Source: a virus
Virus record (IMG/VR): IMGVR_UViG_3300010355_000152
Coordinates: 1-35,449 of that record
Direction: 5' to 3' (one strand)
DNA: 35,449 nt
Shown in pieces: positions 18,878 through 28,443 of the stretch. Below the pieces are notes generated by a model. It made no database searches. It saw nothing but the letters and a program-made list of their open reading frames with translations, and was not told the origin of the DNA. Numbering within the stretch: position 1 is the first letter of the stretch; each line of letters opens with the position of its first letter. A program made the position numbers and the translations under genes.

Positions 18878-20130
18878 ACAATTGATTTATAATAATCATA
18901 AACTGCTTTCCATTCTTTAATCAATGTATCTTTTTTACAACCCACATTAATTTTCTCAACTACTATGTTATAAGTAAACGGATCGCCTGTTGTAGTATTC
19001 CATGATTTTTTGGTATCTAACCATTTATCTTCAGGACGATAATAAATACCTTTCTTAAATACTTCCAATTCAAAATCTCCTGAACTAGAAGTCATTTTAA
19101 AGATTTTAGGTACATTATTAAATTGTTCAATTTCCTCTAAAGTAGCAAGTCTTTCAATTTTATCGAAATCTCCATTACAATTTGTAATATGATCTTGGTT
19201 AACTGGTTTCCACTTACTTAATGTCACACCAGATTTATAAATCCCAATATAAGAAGTTAAAGAGTTAGAAGCAATAACATAATCTCCCATTTTAAACTTG
19301 GGCTTGTTATATTCTTCAATTTCTTGTGGTGTAGCATGTCTCATCTCTGTTTTACTACTAAATCCGTACTTAGATATTTTATAACTTTTTCTGTCAGACA
19401 CAACAATATGCTCAATCTTTCCAGTAAAAGGAAAGATAACAGGATTTTCATTATCTAAAGGATAAATTCCGCCAGCACCAGAATCCCAATTTGTAGGTTT
19501 CTTTAATATTGTTACAATATCTCCAATTTTAAATTCAGGTTGTTTATTCTCTTCTTGAATCTTATTCCATCTATCCATATTCTCTTTCATAAAGTCTAAT
19601 GCTTTACTCCAGTCTTGTGGAAGTTGAAATTGGAATATTTTGTTTTTTGTAAAATTATTATAAACAGGATCTTTTCCAATACGACCTACAAACAGTGTTT
19701 TAAATGCTATACCACTTCTTAGAATTGTTTGTTCGTCAAAATTGTTATAGATTAATGTAAGATCTTCTTCATCTTTAGAAATATAACCATTATGACCAAA
19801 CTTTTCACAATCTTTACAAAATGCTTCAAGATGATATTTTTCACCTTTTATAATTGGTAACCCTAATAATTCTGTTTTATTCATTTTATTATATTCTTTT
19901 AGAAAATCTTTAATATTTATTTTTGTATAACCTTTTTGAATTTCAGACCAACTGTGAGAACCCCAAACAAAGTTTTGCTTACAATTAACAGCAGGAAAAT
20001 GAAAGTAATATTGTTTCATATAAAATTCAGTATTGTTTAACCATTTTATAATTTCAGATTCCTTTTTAATCCAATCTTTTAACAACTGTTCATCCTCTAA
20101 AGAATCACAACATATTGCGTATTTATTCAT
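18874..20130 (-). CDS. Hypothetical protein, SH3-like segments (FKIGDIVTI.., FKMGDYVIAS..), paralogous to 29092..29952
   Basis: Shared segments HATPEEIEQYN and VNIGCKKD.. / INVGCKKDT with the second copy. Confidence 0.7.
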   Translation of the reverse strand: MNKYAICCDSLEDEQLLKDWIKKESEIIKWLNNTEFYMKQYYFHFPAVNCKQNFVWGSHSWSEIQKGYTKINIKDFLKEYNKMNKTELLGLPIIKGEKYHLEAFCKDCEKFGHNGYISKDEEDLTLIYNNFDEQTILRSGIAFKTLFVGRIGKDPVYNNFTKNKIFQFQLPQDWSKALDFMKENMDRWNKIQEENKQPEFKIGDIVTILKKPTNWDSGAGGIYPLDNENPVIFPFTGKIEHIVVSDRKSYKISKYGFSSKTEMRHATPQEIEEYNKPKFKMGDYVIASNSLTSYIGIYKSGVTLSKWKPVNQDHITNCNGDFDKIERLATLEEIEQFNNVPKIFKMTSSSGDFELEVFKKGIYYRPEDKWLDTKKSWNTTTGDPFTYNIVVEKINVGCKKDTLIKEWKAVYDYYKSIV

Positions 20131-20357
20131 TTTGAAAAGAATTTAACAATTAAACGAATTAATCTATAAGAAAAAAACACCGGCCAAAGAACACTATAAA
20201 TAATCAAACTTATTTTATAAGCCTTGACTCTTTGTTCTCCACTTGACTGTGGGAGCATTCTTTCTGCATTTTCAAAGTATGATTTTCTGAAATCAGTATC
20301 AATAAATTCAAAAAAGAATAATGCTACAAGAAAACCTATTAAATAATTTATTAACAT
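20127..20357 (-). CDS. Small membrane protein, hypothetical
   Basis: ORF. Confidence 0.5.
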   Translation of the reverse strand: MLINYLIGFLVALFFFEFIDTDFRKSYFENAERMLPQSSGEQRVKAYKISLIIYSVLWPVFFSYRLIRLIVKFFSK

Positions 20358-20500
20358 TTTTTACATTTAAGTTGTGAGAATGAGTAAGCAAAACACAGAA
20401 ATGCTATAAATAATACTATTTTAATTATCATAGTTTTCTGGTTTAAAGAAAAAGTAAAGAGTAATTAAAACCAATATAAACACTGTAATTTTTAGTACCA

Positions 20501-20848
20501 TCATAGTAATTTAATTTCTTCAGTAACAGTAATGATTTCAATAGATTGAATTGTATGAATACCATACTCACTACTTGGTATGAATTCATTAAAATAATCT
20601 ACTTGTTCTTGAGTTAATAAACCTGTTTTAACGTATAATAATTCTGGATTATGGCCAGAATCACATTCGTCTGTTTCCCAATTATGTCTGTATTCCCACT
20701 TACCCGTTTGTTGGTATAACTTATGTCTGTCTTGTAGACATTGAATTATAGGCTGTAGTTTTAAAATAGTTTCGTCAGTAATTAATGATTTTTGAGTAAC
20801 ATAATCGGCATCATTCATATCTGCTGTTATAACAATATATTTTTTCAT
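20501..20848 (-). CDS. Hypothetical protein
   Basis: ORF. Confidence 0.55.
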   Translation of the reverse strand: MKKYIVITADMNDADYVTQKSLITDETILKLQPIIQCLQDRHKLYQQTGKWEYRHNWETDECDSGHNPELLYVKTGLLTQEQVDYFNEFIPSSEYGIHTIQSIEIITVTEEIKLL

Positions 20849-20906
20849 ATTTTTAGATTAGAAGTTAATTTCAACCAAATTACAAATAAAGCAACAGATA
20901 CTTGCA

Positions 20907-21146
20907 TTAGTCTTCATCTTTCATGGCGTTTAAACCTTTTAACAAATCTACAACTGGCAAGGTATCTGCCAACAAGAGTTTGTCATTTTTTGTAACAATT
21001 AATAATGCTGTATCAGGATCATCGTCTCCTATTACACAAGAAAACTTACATTCTTTAATTCTGCCCACATATCTTGTTGCAGCATCTTCTGTATTTTCAA
21101 AACATCTATCAGACTTAAAACCTAAGTCTTCTAATTCTTTATTCAT
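20907..21146 (-). CDS. Hypothetical protein
   Basis: ORF. Confidence 0.5.
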   Translation of the reverse strand: MNKELEDLGFKSDRCFENTEDAATRYVGRIKECKFSCVIGDDDPDTALLIVTKNDKLLLADTLPVVDLLKGLNAMKDED

Positions 21147-21199
21147 ATTATTACGTTGAATTTAAAATAATACAATAAGCAACTGATGCTATACTAGCA

Positions 21200-21670
21200 T
21201 TATCTAAATATTTGAACAGTTGGAAAATCTGTATGTATTTTATGACGTTTAACATATCTATAATGTTTAGAATTTTTGTTAGTATTATCTGACCAGTAAT
21301 GTATCTTTCGATTAGCAAGTCTATGCCCATTAATAACACAAATAGCCATATAGATATTTTCAATATCCAAAGGGTCTGTCTTATTAACACTAAAATCTTG
21401 TGGTCGATATATAAACAATCCTGTAAATTGTTTTGGTGCCAGCAATTGTTCTTGAATAGAAGTGCCATTACCGTTATAATTATCTTGTACCCTGTTCCAT
21501 ACTGCTTCCATCACAAGATGTCTTTCTTGCCAAGATAAGTTTAAACACTCATGTTTAGCAATACCAGCCAATATAAGAGCAGGATCATAATGATTTAGAT
21601 TATCTCTAGTAAATTCAATTTTAGATGTCTCTACATTAAGCAGAAACATAATGGTTAACATTATAGACAT
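21200..21670 (-). CDS. Possible cell-wall hydrolase (SleB/Hydrolase_2-like)
   Basis: LILAGIAKHECLNLSWQERHLVMEAVWNRVQDNYNG...QLLAPKQFTGL; the E..N.s...vv.NRv...QF layout matches SleB-like hydrolases. Confidence 0.5.
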   Translation of the reverse strand: MSIMLTIMFLLNVETSKIEFTRDNLNHYDPALILAGIAKHECLNLSWQERHLVMEAVWNRVQDNYNGNGTSIQEQLLAPKQFTGLFIYRPQDFSVNKTDPLDIENIYMAICVINGHRLANRKIHYWSDNTNKNSKHYRYVKRHKIHTDFPTVQIFR

Positions 21671-22274
21671 TATCTATTAGTTTAGTGAACAATAAAGGAT
21701 TGGCTTTACACCATTCCTCATACTTTCTTTTACCTAGCATACTAGGTGTTTCCTTCTGAATAAAATGCATTACATATCCTGCTTTTAGTTTAGGATTGAT
21801 CTCACTTTTAATTAGCATATCTAATCTAGCCATTCGTAATTTATGTTTGGCTACAACAACTGATAAATGAAAATCTGGTTGCATTATATTTCTTTGATTA
21901 TCCAAATATTCTTGATAAGTATCTTGTAACAGATTTACTTCCCATTCATTATCTGGATACTGTCCTACAGGTCTGTCGTAATATGAAGTTTCTTCTGTTA
22001 AATCAATATTATCATCATATCTATGACCAAGAACATTAGGAACAACATAATCTCCAAATTCTTGAGTTGTTACATTAATTGCTTTCCAGTGCTCAACCAC
22101 ATAATATTCATTCTCTTGATTAACACGTTTATCTATTGATCCTTTATTATCTAATGAATGACCAATGAATTGAACTAACTGTAATTGTATAGGTTTAGAA
22201 AAACAACGTTTCTTAAAACCATCTACTACATCATCTATCCTGTTATTTACAGGTATTACTTCTTTTTCTTTCAT
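21636..22274 (-). CDS. Hypothetical protein
   Basis: ORF. Confidence 0.55.
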   Translation of the reverse strand: MKEKEVIPVNNRIDDVVDGFKKRCFSKPIQLQLVQFIGHSLDNKGSIDKRVNQENEYYVVEHWKAINVTTQEFGDYVVPNVLGHRYDDNIDLTEETSYYDRPVGQYPDNEWEVNLLQDTYQEYLDNQRNIMQPDFHLSVVVAKHKLRMARLDMLIKSEINPKLKAGYVMHFIQKETPSMLGKRKYEEWCKANPLLFTKLIDNVYNVNHYVSA

Positions 22275-22325
22275 AAAGGTCTAATAAAAACCCAATATGC
22301 CCCATAGAGCATATCAGGTTTAAAA

Positions 22326-22841
22326 TTAATGTTTTCTTTGATTATATTCAATGATAGTATCATAACTATCAGCAATTTCATCTAAACCTTTCTCCCTTTT
22401 AGGAAGTTGGTTCAGAGCAATTAATTTTCTGATTGTTGTTCCTGTAAAGAACATTTCTAGGTTATTGAGATAAGTCTCAACCTCTGTTCTTTTAGTAGGA
22501 TTCTTTGTTGCTTGATGTTCCTTTGCTAATTCTCCTATACAGAAGATTGCCAAAGTACTTCTTGCCTTAGTACTTAGTTTTCTGACAAACTGTTGAAAGG
22601 CTGGAGCAGCATCAGTTACTCCATGATTATATGCAAACCAAATTCCTGTTTTGGTAGGCATATTTTTATTGTCAATTAATCCATTACTAACTAACTCCTT
22701 AACTACTTCTGGAGTTAAGTGATAGTTAGGCATCAAAGATATGTCCTTAACATATTCTTGATCCAATGGATTTTTACTGTGATACAATACTAAAATATCT
22801 AAAGCAGACTTTGCTGCTAAAGAAATTCTGATTAATTTCAT
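22326..22841 (-). CDS. Hypothetical protein
   Basis: ORF. Confidence 0.55.
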   Translation of the reverse strand: MKLIRISLAAKSALDILVLYHSKNPLDQEYVKDISLMPNYHLTPEVVKELVSNGLIDNKNMPTKTGIWFAYNHGVTDAAPAFQQFVRKLSTKARSTLAIFCIGELAKEHQATKNPTKRTEVETYLNNLEMFFTGTTIRKLIALNQLPKREKGLDEIADSYDTIIEYNQRKH

Positions 22842-22946
22842 AGTTCGTCGTTTAATATTAAATAGGTATCACTCCATGCATGTGCTATTGACGCACATAC
22901 TTTTGGAGAGTTTAGATTATATGGATCTGGATCTGACCAGCATTTT

Positions 22947-23192
22947 TTATTTTTCAATGCCATCATCAAGTCTTTCGGTTCTACCCCCAATTTGTTGTTG
23001 ATAGGCAGGTTCTTGAAGTCCCAAGGCTGAATTAACTTCTCCTGATCCCCCACATTTATAGCATGTCTGCTGGAGTTCTGTTTCTGCTTTGCCATGCCAA
23101 TTTGAATTATAAGTCGCTTTAACTTTTGTTTTTCCTGTGCCTCTACAAGCATCACATTCCATAAGAGATATTATTAAAAATGAGAGGTACAA
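22947..23192 (-). CDS. DnaJ-type zinc-finger small protein
   Basis: CDACRGTGKTKV ... CYKCGGSGE; AT-rich third codon positions support this frame. Confidence 0.6.
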   Translation of the reverse strand: MYLSFLIISLMECDACRGTGKTKVKATYNSNWHGKAETELQQTCYKCGGSGEVNSALGLQEPAYQQQIGGRTERLDDGIEK

Positions 23193-23226
23193 CCTTTGTC
23201 ATACCTCTCTTTATTAAACTAAAGGA

Positions 23227-23715
23227 TTATCCTTTCATATCTGTCTGAGCAAACTCTTGAACATCAGCCAATGCTACTGCATCAGCATAGTCAAGACTAT
23301 GACCAGCAGATTTAAATACACGGCGTACTTCCGTCTCAAAGGACGGATTAGTAGTATCACCAAGTACAATTGCACTATAAGTGTTAACCATGTTAACATT
23401 ACCTGTTGCTTTATCCGTAATAGGATAATCTGGAACAGTACGAGTAACTTTGGCACCAAGTACATACTCACCTACTTTGAAATTCCAACCAAAATCTTGA
23501 GTTGGAGTAGGAAGATTATTGGATTCCCATGCAATCATAGCACCTGTCTCACCTTTAGTAGTAGCATTAACTACCAATCCCGAAGGGAGTGTAACGGCTT
23601 TCTGATTGTTACCTTCAAATGTAAGATAAGCATATTTCTTACCATTTGTGTTTGCATGGGTAGAAGTACGAATGTCTTTCCCAATTACTTTGAGAACTTC
23701 TGGATTTTGACTCAT
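23227..23715 (-). CDS. Hypothetical protein, possibly abundant
   Basis: ORF. Confidence 0.6.
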   Translation of the reverse strand: MSQNPEVLKVIGKDIRTSTHANTNGKKYAYLTFEGNNQKAVTLPSGLVVNATTKGETGAMIAWESNNLPTPTQDFGWNFKVGEYVLGAKVTRTVPDYPITDKATGNVNMVNTYSAIVLGDTTNPSFETEVRRVFKSAGHSLDYADAVALADVQEFAQTDMKG

Positions 23716-23770
23716 TCTAATTTGTTTTAAACTTGTTTATAATTGATTTGAATTTATTTAAAAGTAATAT

Positions 23771-23870
23771 GGTTATGTATAAGAGTCGAACTTATATTAT
23801 AGGATGCCTCCACACCAGATCGTTACAGCGTACCTGAATTGAACAGTCTTGCTTACCACCAAGGCATAAC
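23771..23870 (-). tRNA. tRNA-like sequence, atypical or degenerate; possible anticodon CAA
   Basis: Acceptor-like GTTATG(C)/(A)CATAAC, T-arm ATAAG-TTCGACT-CTTAT, D-arm CTTG-GTGGTAAG-CAAG, arm CTG-TTCAATT-CAG; overlong variable region. Confidence 0.3.
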
Positions 23871-23989
23871 ACATATTACTTATTTATCTTGACTGGTCTT
23901 TTGGGGTCATTCTTCTATACCATCCTTTCGACGGCCCATGTTCGTATGGGAAACATCTAACTCTAAAAGAACCAGTTTCACTTTATTTC

Positions 23990-24316
23990 TTAATTATTAG
24001 CAAACACGGGATAAATCCTTTGTCTGCTTAGATATTCTGTACCATCTTTACGTTGCTTTTTTACAACAATAAAATAGTAATCTTCTTTAGAACCATCTTT
24101 CTTAGTTCTTTGTTTGTAATATACATTAACACCTGTTTCAGTGAATGTATCAAACACTTGTGCATCTTTTGTAAGAGATTGTTCAGTTACTACTTTCTTA
24201 GTAGTATAGTTTGCTTTCATTCCTTGTTGACAATGACCAATCAAAGGAAATGCTAAAAGTGCACCAATAATTGCGCAAGCAATAATAAATATTTTTACTC
24301 TGTTTTGTTGTTTCAT
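23990..24316 (-). CDS. Hypothetical protein with N-terminal hydrophobic segment
   Basis: ORF. Confidence 0.55.
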   Translation of the reverse strand: MKQQNRVKIFIIACAIIGALLAFPLIGHCQQGMKANYTTKKVVTEQSLTKDAQVFDTFTETGVNVYYKQRTKKDGSKEDYYFIVVKKQRKDGTEYLSRQRIYPVFANN

Positions 24317-24469
24317 AATTGAAAGTTAAAAGATTAACAAAATGCTCTATGGTATTTATTGTCACTTGAGCAGTATGGACAGTTTTTATTACCACTTTTA
24401 CCTTTCTATAATACCTCATGGTGAGATAGTAAGGTTACTCACATTCTTATTTAAAGAGGACTTATAACG

Positions 24470-24540
24470 AGCGCCAGCAGATAATCGAAATCTGATCTTT
24501 GCTTCGGAAAGGCAATATCCTACCTTTGAACGACTGACGC
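24470..24540 (-). tRNA. tRNA-Gly-like with anticodon loop UUUCCGA (UCC plus G37 = UCCG); candidate CGGA quadruplet/+1 frameshift suppressor tRNA
   Basis: Minus strand: acceptor GCGTCAG/CTGGCGC (one G:U), D-arm GTTC-AAAGGTA-GGAT, anticodon arm TTGCC-TTTCCGA-AGCAA (C31/A39 mismatch), variable AGAT, T-arm CAGAT-TTCGATT-ATCTG, U73. Confidence 0.75.
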
Positions 24541-24550
24541 AAGATTAAAA

Positions 24551-24668
24551 ATAAACAGATAGACAAGACTGGTTACTTGCATTCAGCCTACAATGACTGA
24601 TTGACCTTTACGCATTTCTATGAAATGTTTATCAGGCACAGTGTCTAATTCCACCACTATCTGTTTAT
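24551..24668. ncRNA. Candidate structured RNA closed by a 12-bp perfect inverted repeat, directly beside the tRNA-Gly-like gene
   Basis: ATAAACAGATAG (24551..24562) and CTATCTGTTTAT (24657..24668); internal hairpins CAAG/CTTG and CATTTC-TAT-GAAATG. Confidence 0.5.
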
Positions 24669-24673
24669 ATAAT

Positions 24674-24985
24674 TTATTCTACAATACCGTTTGGAAAGAG
24701 TTCAGAACGAAGTCTTTTCAATCGAGCAATAACATTAATAGTTTGCTCAATTTTAACCTCAAGTGTTGCAACCGCAACTGGTGAGAAACTACGACTGTTC
24801 AAACTTTCTTCAAGTTGAGCATTCATTTCATCCAGTTTTGCCTCATTTGCATCAATGTCCTGACCAAATGTGCGGTAGGTCGAATTCACTAAATACTTGT
24901 CCTGTGCTGATCTCTTTTGATCTGATGTCAGGGACAAACGCTGTGCATATGTCATTGGTTGTACTGTTGCTGTGGACTTTGCCAA
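24674..24985 (-). CDS. Hypothetical protein, coiled coil-like
   Basis: ORF. Confidence 0.55.
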   Translation of the reverse strand: MAKSTATVQPMTYAQRLSLTSDQKRSAQDKYLVNSTYRTFGQDIDANEAKLDEMNAQLEESLNSRSFSPVAVATLEVKIEQTINVIARLKRLRSELFPNGIVE

Positions 24986-25269
24986 CCAATAACCTCAAAT
25001 TTATCTCCTACTTTAACATCTTTAGGAATGCTTATATAGTATTGTTCTTGTTTATTATCTTTCTTTGGATACTTCTTATAAAAGTCATCAAAGTTACCGC
25101 CATCAATTTTATACCAGAAAGAATTTCCTTCAGGTGTTTCTGTCCAATTAAAGTTGCCTACAATCTTACCAGCGCTCAAATTTTCTTTGAATTTTCCTGC
25201 ATTTCCCTGTTCTTCTTGTCTCTCAAAGACCACTTTTTGTATCTCAATTGGTAGATTTGTTATCTTCAT
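24952..25269 (-). CDS. Hypothetical protein
   Basis: ORF. Confidence 0.55.
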   Translation of the reverse strand: MKITNLPIEIQKVVFERQEEQGNAGKFKENLSAGKIVGNFNWTETPEGNSFWYKIDGGNFDDFYKKYPKKDNKQEQYYISIPKDVKVGDKFEVIGWQSPQQQYNQ

Positions 25270-25520
25270 GTATAATAACAGTTTATATCAACAGTGAACA
25301 CATGCCCTTCTACTAAAGTCACATAAAAACAGAATCCTTGCTCATCCTGATAAACAGGACAAACATATCCATTCTCATCTTCAATTGTATCAACTTTAAT
25401 ACAATTTTCAGTAAGAATATAATGTTCTGTCCAGTTTGGTTTGGTAAACAAATCTTCAATCTTTTGACTATAACTAGTAAAAGAACAGAGTAATAGAATT
25501 ACAATAATTACTTGTTTCAT
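25266..25520 (-). CDS. Putative exported small protein
   Basis: Signal-like N-terminus MKQVIIVILLLCSFTSYSQ. Confidence 0.5.
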   Translation of the reverse strand: MKQVIIVILLLCSFTSYSQKIEDLFTKPNWTEHYILTENCIKVDTIEDENGYVCPVYQDEQGFCFYVTLVEGHVFTVDINCYYT

Positions 25521-25765
25521 ACTAATTGTGCTTTTGGATTTAGAATATTAATACCTTTACCAAAGGTAGTTTTACCAGCACTACGTCTGCCTTTAAGTAC
25601 ATATGGTTTAGATACTATTTCCCAAGTATCATGTTCACCATTTTTCTTAATACCTACATACTTACCATCTTGTTGCTGACGGTGTTTAATTGCTAGTTTA
25701 AGACCATGAATTGATGTATGTGGTACTGATGTACCATCTGCTTTAATTATTCGTTTGTACGTCAT
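25517..25765 (-). CDS. Hypothetical protein
   Basis: ORF. Confidence 0.5.
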   Translation of the reverse strand: MTYKRIIKADGTSVPHTSIHGLKLAIKHRQQQDGKYVGIKKNGEHDTWEIVSKPYVLKGRRSAGKTTFGKGINILNPKAQLV

Positions 25766-25793
25766 TTGTGTGATGATTTAATAATTTTTGATG

Positions 25794-25866
25794 TGGACTC
25801 TACAGGGCATGATCCTGTAACCTTTTCGTTATGAGCGAACTTCTCTACCAATTGAGATAAGAGTCC
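25794..25866 (-). tRNA. tRNA with CAT anticodon (Met or Ile2)
   Basis: Acceptor GGACTCT/AGAGTCC, D-arm TCTC-AATTGGTA-GAGA, loop CTCATAA, T-arm ACAGG/CCTGT. Confidence 0.85.
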
Positions 25867-26121
25867 GTTAAAAACAAATTCTGTAGTTCTTCAGAAACTA
25901 ATAATAGTGTTTTCTCTAACTTAATATCGAGTTTGCATCCATATTATCCTTTCTTTAATTAACATCTGCTGAATCAGATTGTATCATTCCCTTTGTTTTT
26001 TGTTGGGACACTTCTTACTTTTACAACCTAAATTTAGGTTACTGCCTAAATCAACTTGTAATTTCAACTACTCCTAATGATACTAATTATTGAAAGGCAG
26101 AATTTGTTGTGTTTTATCTGT

Positions 26122-26195
26122 CAAGCGTGGGGGACTCGAACCCAAACCAATTGAAATTTAGAAGATTTCCGTGATATCCTGTTTCACCAACGCTC
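26122..26195 (-). tRNA. tRNA-Arg(TCT)
   Basis: D-arm GTGA/TCAC, anticodon arm GAAAT-CTTCTAA-ATTTC, T-loop TTCGAGT, acceptor GAGCGTT/CACGCTT. Confidence 0.85.
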
Positions 26196-26515
26196 GAATT
26201 TACCTACTACAATTAAGTAGTAGGATTTAGTTACTCTTTCCACCAATGTGTAAAACCTTGATCTTTCATACGATAGAACCACGTATTATGATCTAATACA
26301 TAACTAATAGCATCACCCTTTACAGGATGTTTAACTTTAATTTCAGTTCCACCATTAAATAAATCTTTAGCAAGACATCGTGGTAATTCTCTTTCAATTG
26401 AAATCCACATTAATTTCCATGTTGTGCAAATTTAATAATTTCAGGTTCGTAATAATTGAACCATAATGTTTTAAGAACACTAAGTAAAATAAACAGTGTT
26501 GATAGAATCATTAAA

Positions 26516-26719
26516 CTAGTGTACATTATCTTCTGGTAAATTATTATCTGTTTTAGGATTTAAAATATCATTTACAGATGTAATTTCTTCCTTTGATCCT
26601 TCTACTTCCATCCAACCTGTACCATTACAAACAGGACATGGAACATCAGTAATTGCAATTCCAAATACTCTATATCCTTGACCATTACAGCCAGTACATT
26701 TAGTTAATTTCTTACTCAT
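26516..26719 (-). CDS. DnaJ-type zinc-finger small protein
   Basis: CTGCNGQGYRV...CPVCNGTGW. Confidence 0.6.
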   Translation of the reverse strand: MSKKLTKCTGCNGQGYRVFGIAITDVPCPVCNGTGWMEVEGSKEEITSVNDILNPKTDNNLPEDNVH

Positions 26720-26964
26720 AGTTCATCAATTTGATCTGAATTAACAACATAAGCATTTCTTGTAACTCCAAGAACACCAGACACATCTGTACCATTCAGT
26801 TCTGATTTAAATGGTACTACTCTTGGATAATCTTTGTGTTGTGCTATTCTAACAGCAACATCTTCTAATTCTTGTTTGTTACTACCTTGACATACTTCTC
26901 TGTTAGGATTTTTAGAATCATCATTATACTTTACTTCAACTACTAAACTGTATTTTTGTGACAT
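26716..26964 (-). CDS. Hypothetical protein
   Basis: ORF. Confidence 0.5.
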   Translation of the reverse strand: MSQKYSLVVEVKYNDDSKNPNREVCQGSNKQELEDVAVRIAQHKDYPRVVPFKSELNGTDVSGVLGVTRNAYVVNSDQIDEL

Positions 26965-26981
26965 AATTATATTATTTTAAA

Positions 26982-27221
26982 TTAATGTGCGTCGTTATAA
27001 TCAGGTAAATAACTTAAATCACTTAAATATGGTCTAGGGTATTCTTCTTTCTTATTATCTTCAAATTGCTGTTCGTCAACAATACAGAAATTATAGAATC
27101 CGTTGTGAATAGCAGATTCAAGCATATCTTCTAATTGTTCATCTGTTGCCTCATGTATTTTTAACATAATAGCAGCAATAGCAAATCTTCTTGTTACTAT
27201 CTGTGGTGTCTTAATACTCAT
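26982..27221 (-). CDS. Hypothetical protein
   Basis: ORF. Confidence 0.5.
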   Translation of the reverse strand: MSIKTPQIVTRRFAIAAIMLKIHEATDEQLEDMLESAIHNGFYNFCIVDEQQFEDNKKEEYPRPYLSDLSYLPDYNDAH

Positions 27222-27223
27222 AA

Positions 27224-27616
27224 TTAAATTGTTATTCGTAATTCATCTCTAAAATAAATTATAAATCCATCACAAAACCAACTTCTTTGTTCTGTATAAA
27301 TATATAATTCCTTCTTTATATTATTTACTCTTAGATAAAGAGCAATTCTATTGTTTAAATTATATTTTATTTTTGATAATTTATCAAGAGACATTGAACC
27401 TTCCCAATTACTTGATATTACTAATTCTTTTTCAACATTATATAAAACCGTTCCTTCAATAGATGTATAATAACCATTGAATTTGTGTTCTTTACAAAAC
27501 TCTTTAATGATATTACCTATGCTTATTAAATGTTTTTCCATAGTATTTTTTATTAATAAAAACCCGCAAGTTTGTGCAACTTGAACGGGTGATAAATAAT
27601 TAATTTGCTGGTACAA
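27224..27616 (-). CDS. Hypothetical protein
   Basis: ORF. Confidence 0.5.
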   Translation of the reverse strand: MYQQINYLSPVQVAQTCGFLLIKNTMEKHLISIGNIIKEFCKEHKFNGYYTSIEGTVLYNVEKELVISSNWEGSMSLDKLSKIKYNLNNRIALYLRVNNIKKELYIYTEQRSWFCDGFIIYFRDELRITI

Positions 27617-28118
27617 ACTTACCTTTAAAGGTATCCCAACGAGCTTTGAATTGAAATTCCATAGACGTATATGTAAATACTACACCATCCATTTTTCCTC
27701 CAACTCTATCCCAAACCTGACTCAATACTTCAGCACAAATAAAATCACCGGGATGATGCAATGAAGCATATCCACGATCAATTTTATGTCCCAAACGTTT
27801 TACTTTAATACCATCAAATTGTTGCTGCAATGATTTCTCATCAACAGTACCAAGAGTATTAAGAATAAACTGGGTATAAACGGTCTTCGGATTGTACCAG
27901 TTTTCTTTGAATTTAGATTTGTCAATTTGCTCATGTTTATTAAACACAGGCAATCCACCAAATCCAGGATTTTCTTTAACCACTAACGCATAGTGATTTG
28001 CGGCTCCTATGCAACTTACTACTACTGTTGCACTACGGTCACCATCATTATTATAATTCATATTTTTATCTGTGGTCATATTGCCACATAACGGCATTAC
28101 AATATGCATGTACAGCAC
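27600..28118 (-). CDS. Hypothetical protein
   Basis: ORF; the true start may be internal. Confidence 0.55.
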   Translation of the reverse strand: MLYMHIVMPLCGNMTTDKNMNYNNDGDRSATVVVSCIGAANHYALVVKENPGFGGLPVFNKHEQIDKSKFKENWYNPKTVYTQFILNTLGTVDEKSLQQQFDGIKVKRLGHKIDRGYASLHHPGDFICAEVLSQVWDRVGGKMDGVVFTYTSMEFQFKARWDTFKGKFVPAN

Positions 28119-28344
28119 CTTCAGTTAAACCTGTCTTATGACAGTGCTGTAAATGTATAGGATGATCTAGAAATCCTTTTGGAAATAATTTCCAATTAAT
28201 AGATTTCATTAAAATAGATTGAGGAACAGGTTTTGTAAGATCAGAATTACAATACATACATAAACCGTTTTGAAGTTCTATATATTTTAATCTAACCTCT
28301 CTCCTTTCTGCTTGTGTTAAATCTTTATAATTTACAGGTTCCAT
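28066..28344 (-). CDS. HNH/endonuclease VII-like small protein
   Basis: CMYCNSDL...HLQHCHKTGLTEGAVHAYCNAVMW resembles C..C..DHCH.TG..RG.LC..CN. Confidence 0.6.
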   Translation of the reverse strand: MEPVNYKDLTQAERREVRLKYIELQNGLCMYCNSDLTKPVPQSILMKSINWKLFPKGFLDHPIHLQHCHKTGLTEGAVHAYCNAVMWQYDHR

Positions 28345-28358
28345 ATTATTTATTTATG

Positions 28359-28443
28359 TAGCGGGGAAGGGACTTGAACCCTCACGGTCGAATGACCACA
28401 GCATTTTAAGTGCTGCATGTGCTACCAATTTCATCACCCCGCC
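28359..28443 (-). tRNA. tRNA-Leu(TAA), class II
   Basis: Anticodon arm CAGCA-CTTAAAA-TGCTG, long variable arm, T-loop TTCAAGT, acceptor GGCGGGG/CCCCGCT. Confidence 0.92.

Noticed and set aside
21151-21468. ORF 21151..21468 as a separate gene
   Set aside because: It overlaps most of 21200..21670, which has the hydrolase-like motifs and a better start.
22838-23192. Possible seventh +1 frameshift joining a zinc-finger ORF (22947..23192) to the overlapping ORF 22838..23155
   Set aside because: Third codon positions after the zinc finger are strongly AT-rich in the original frame and GC-rich in the alternative, there is no CGGA, and the zinc-finger ORF reads naturally to its own stop.
24763-25254. 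Long plus-strand ORF (163 aa) and the other plus-strand ORFs in the track
   Set aside because: They lie antisense to well-packed minus-strand genes, have low-complexity shadow translations and no recognisable motifs.
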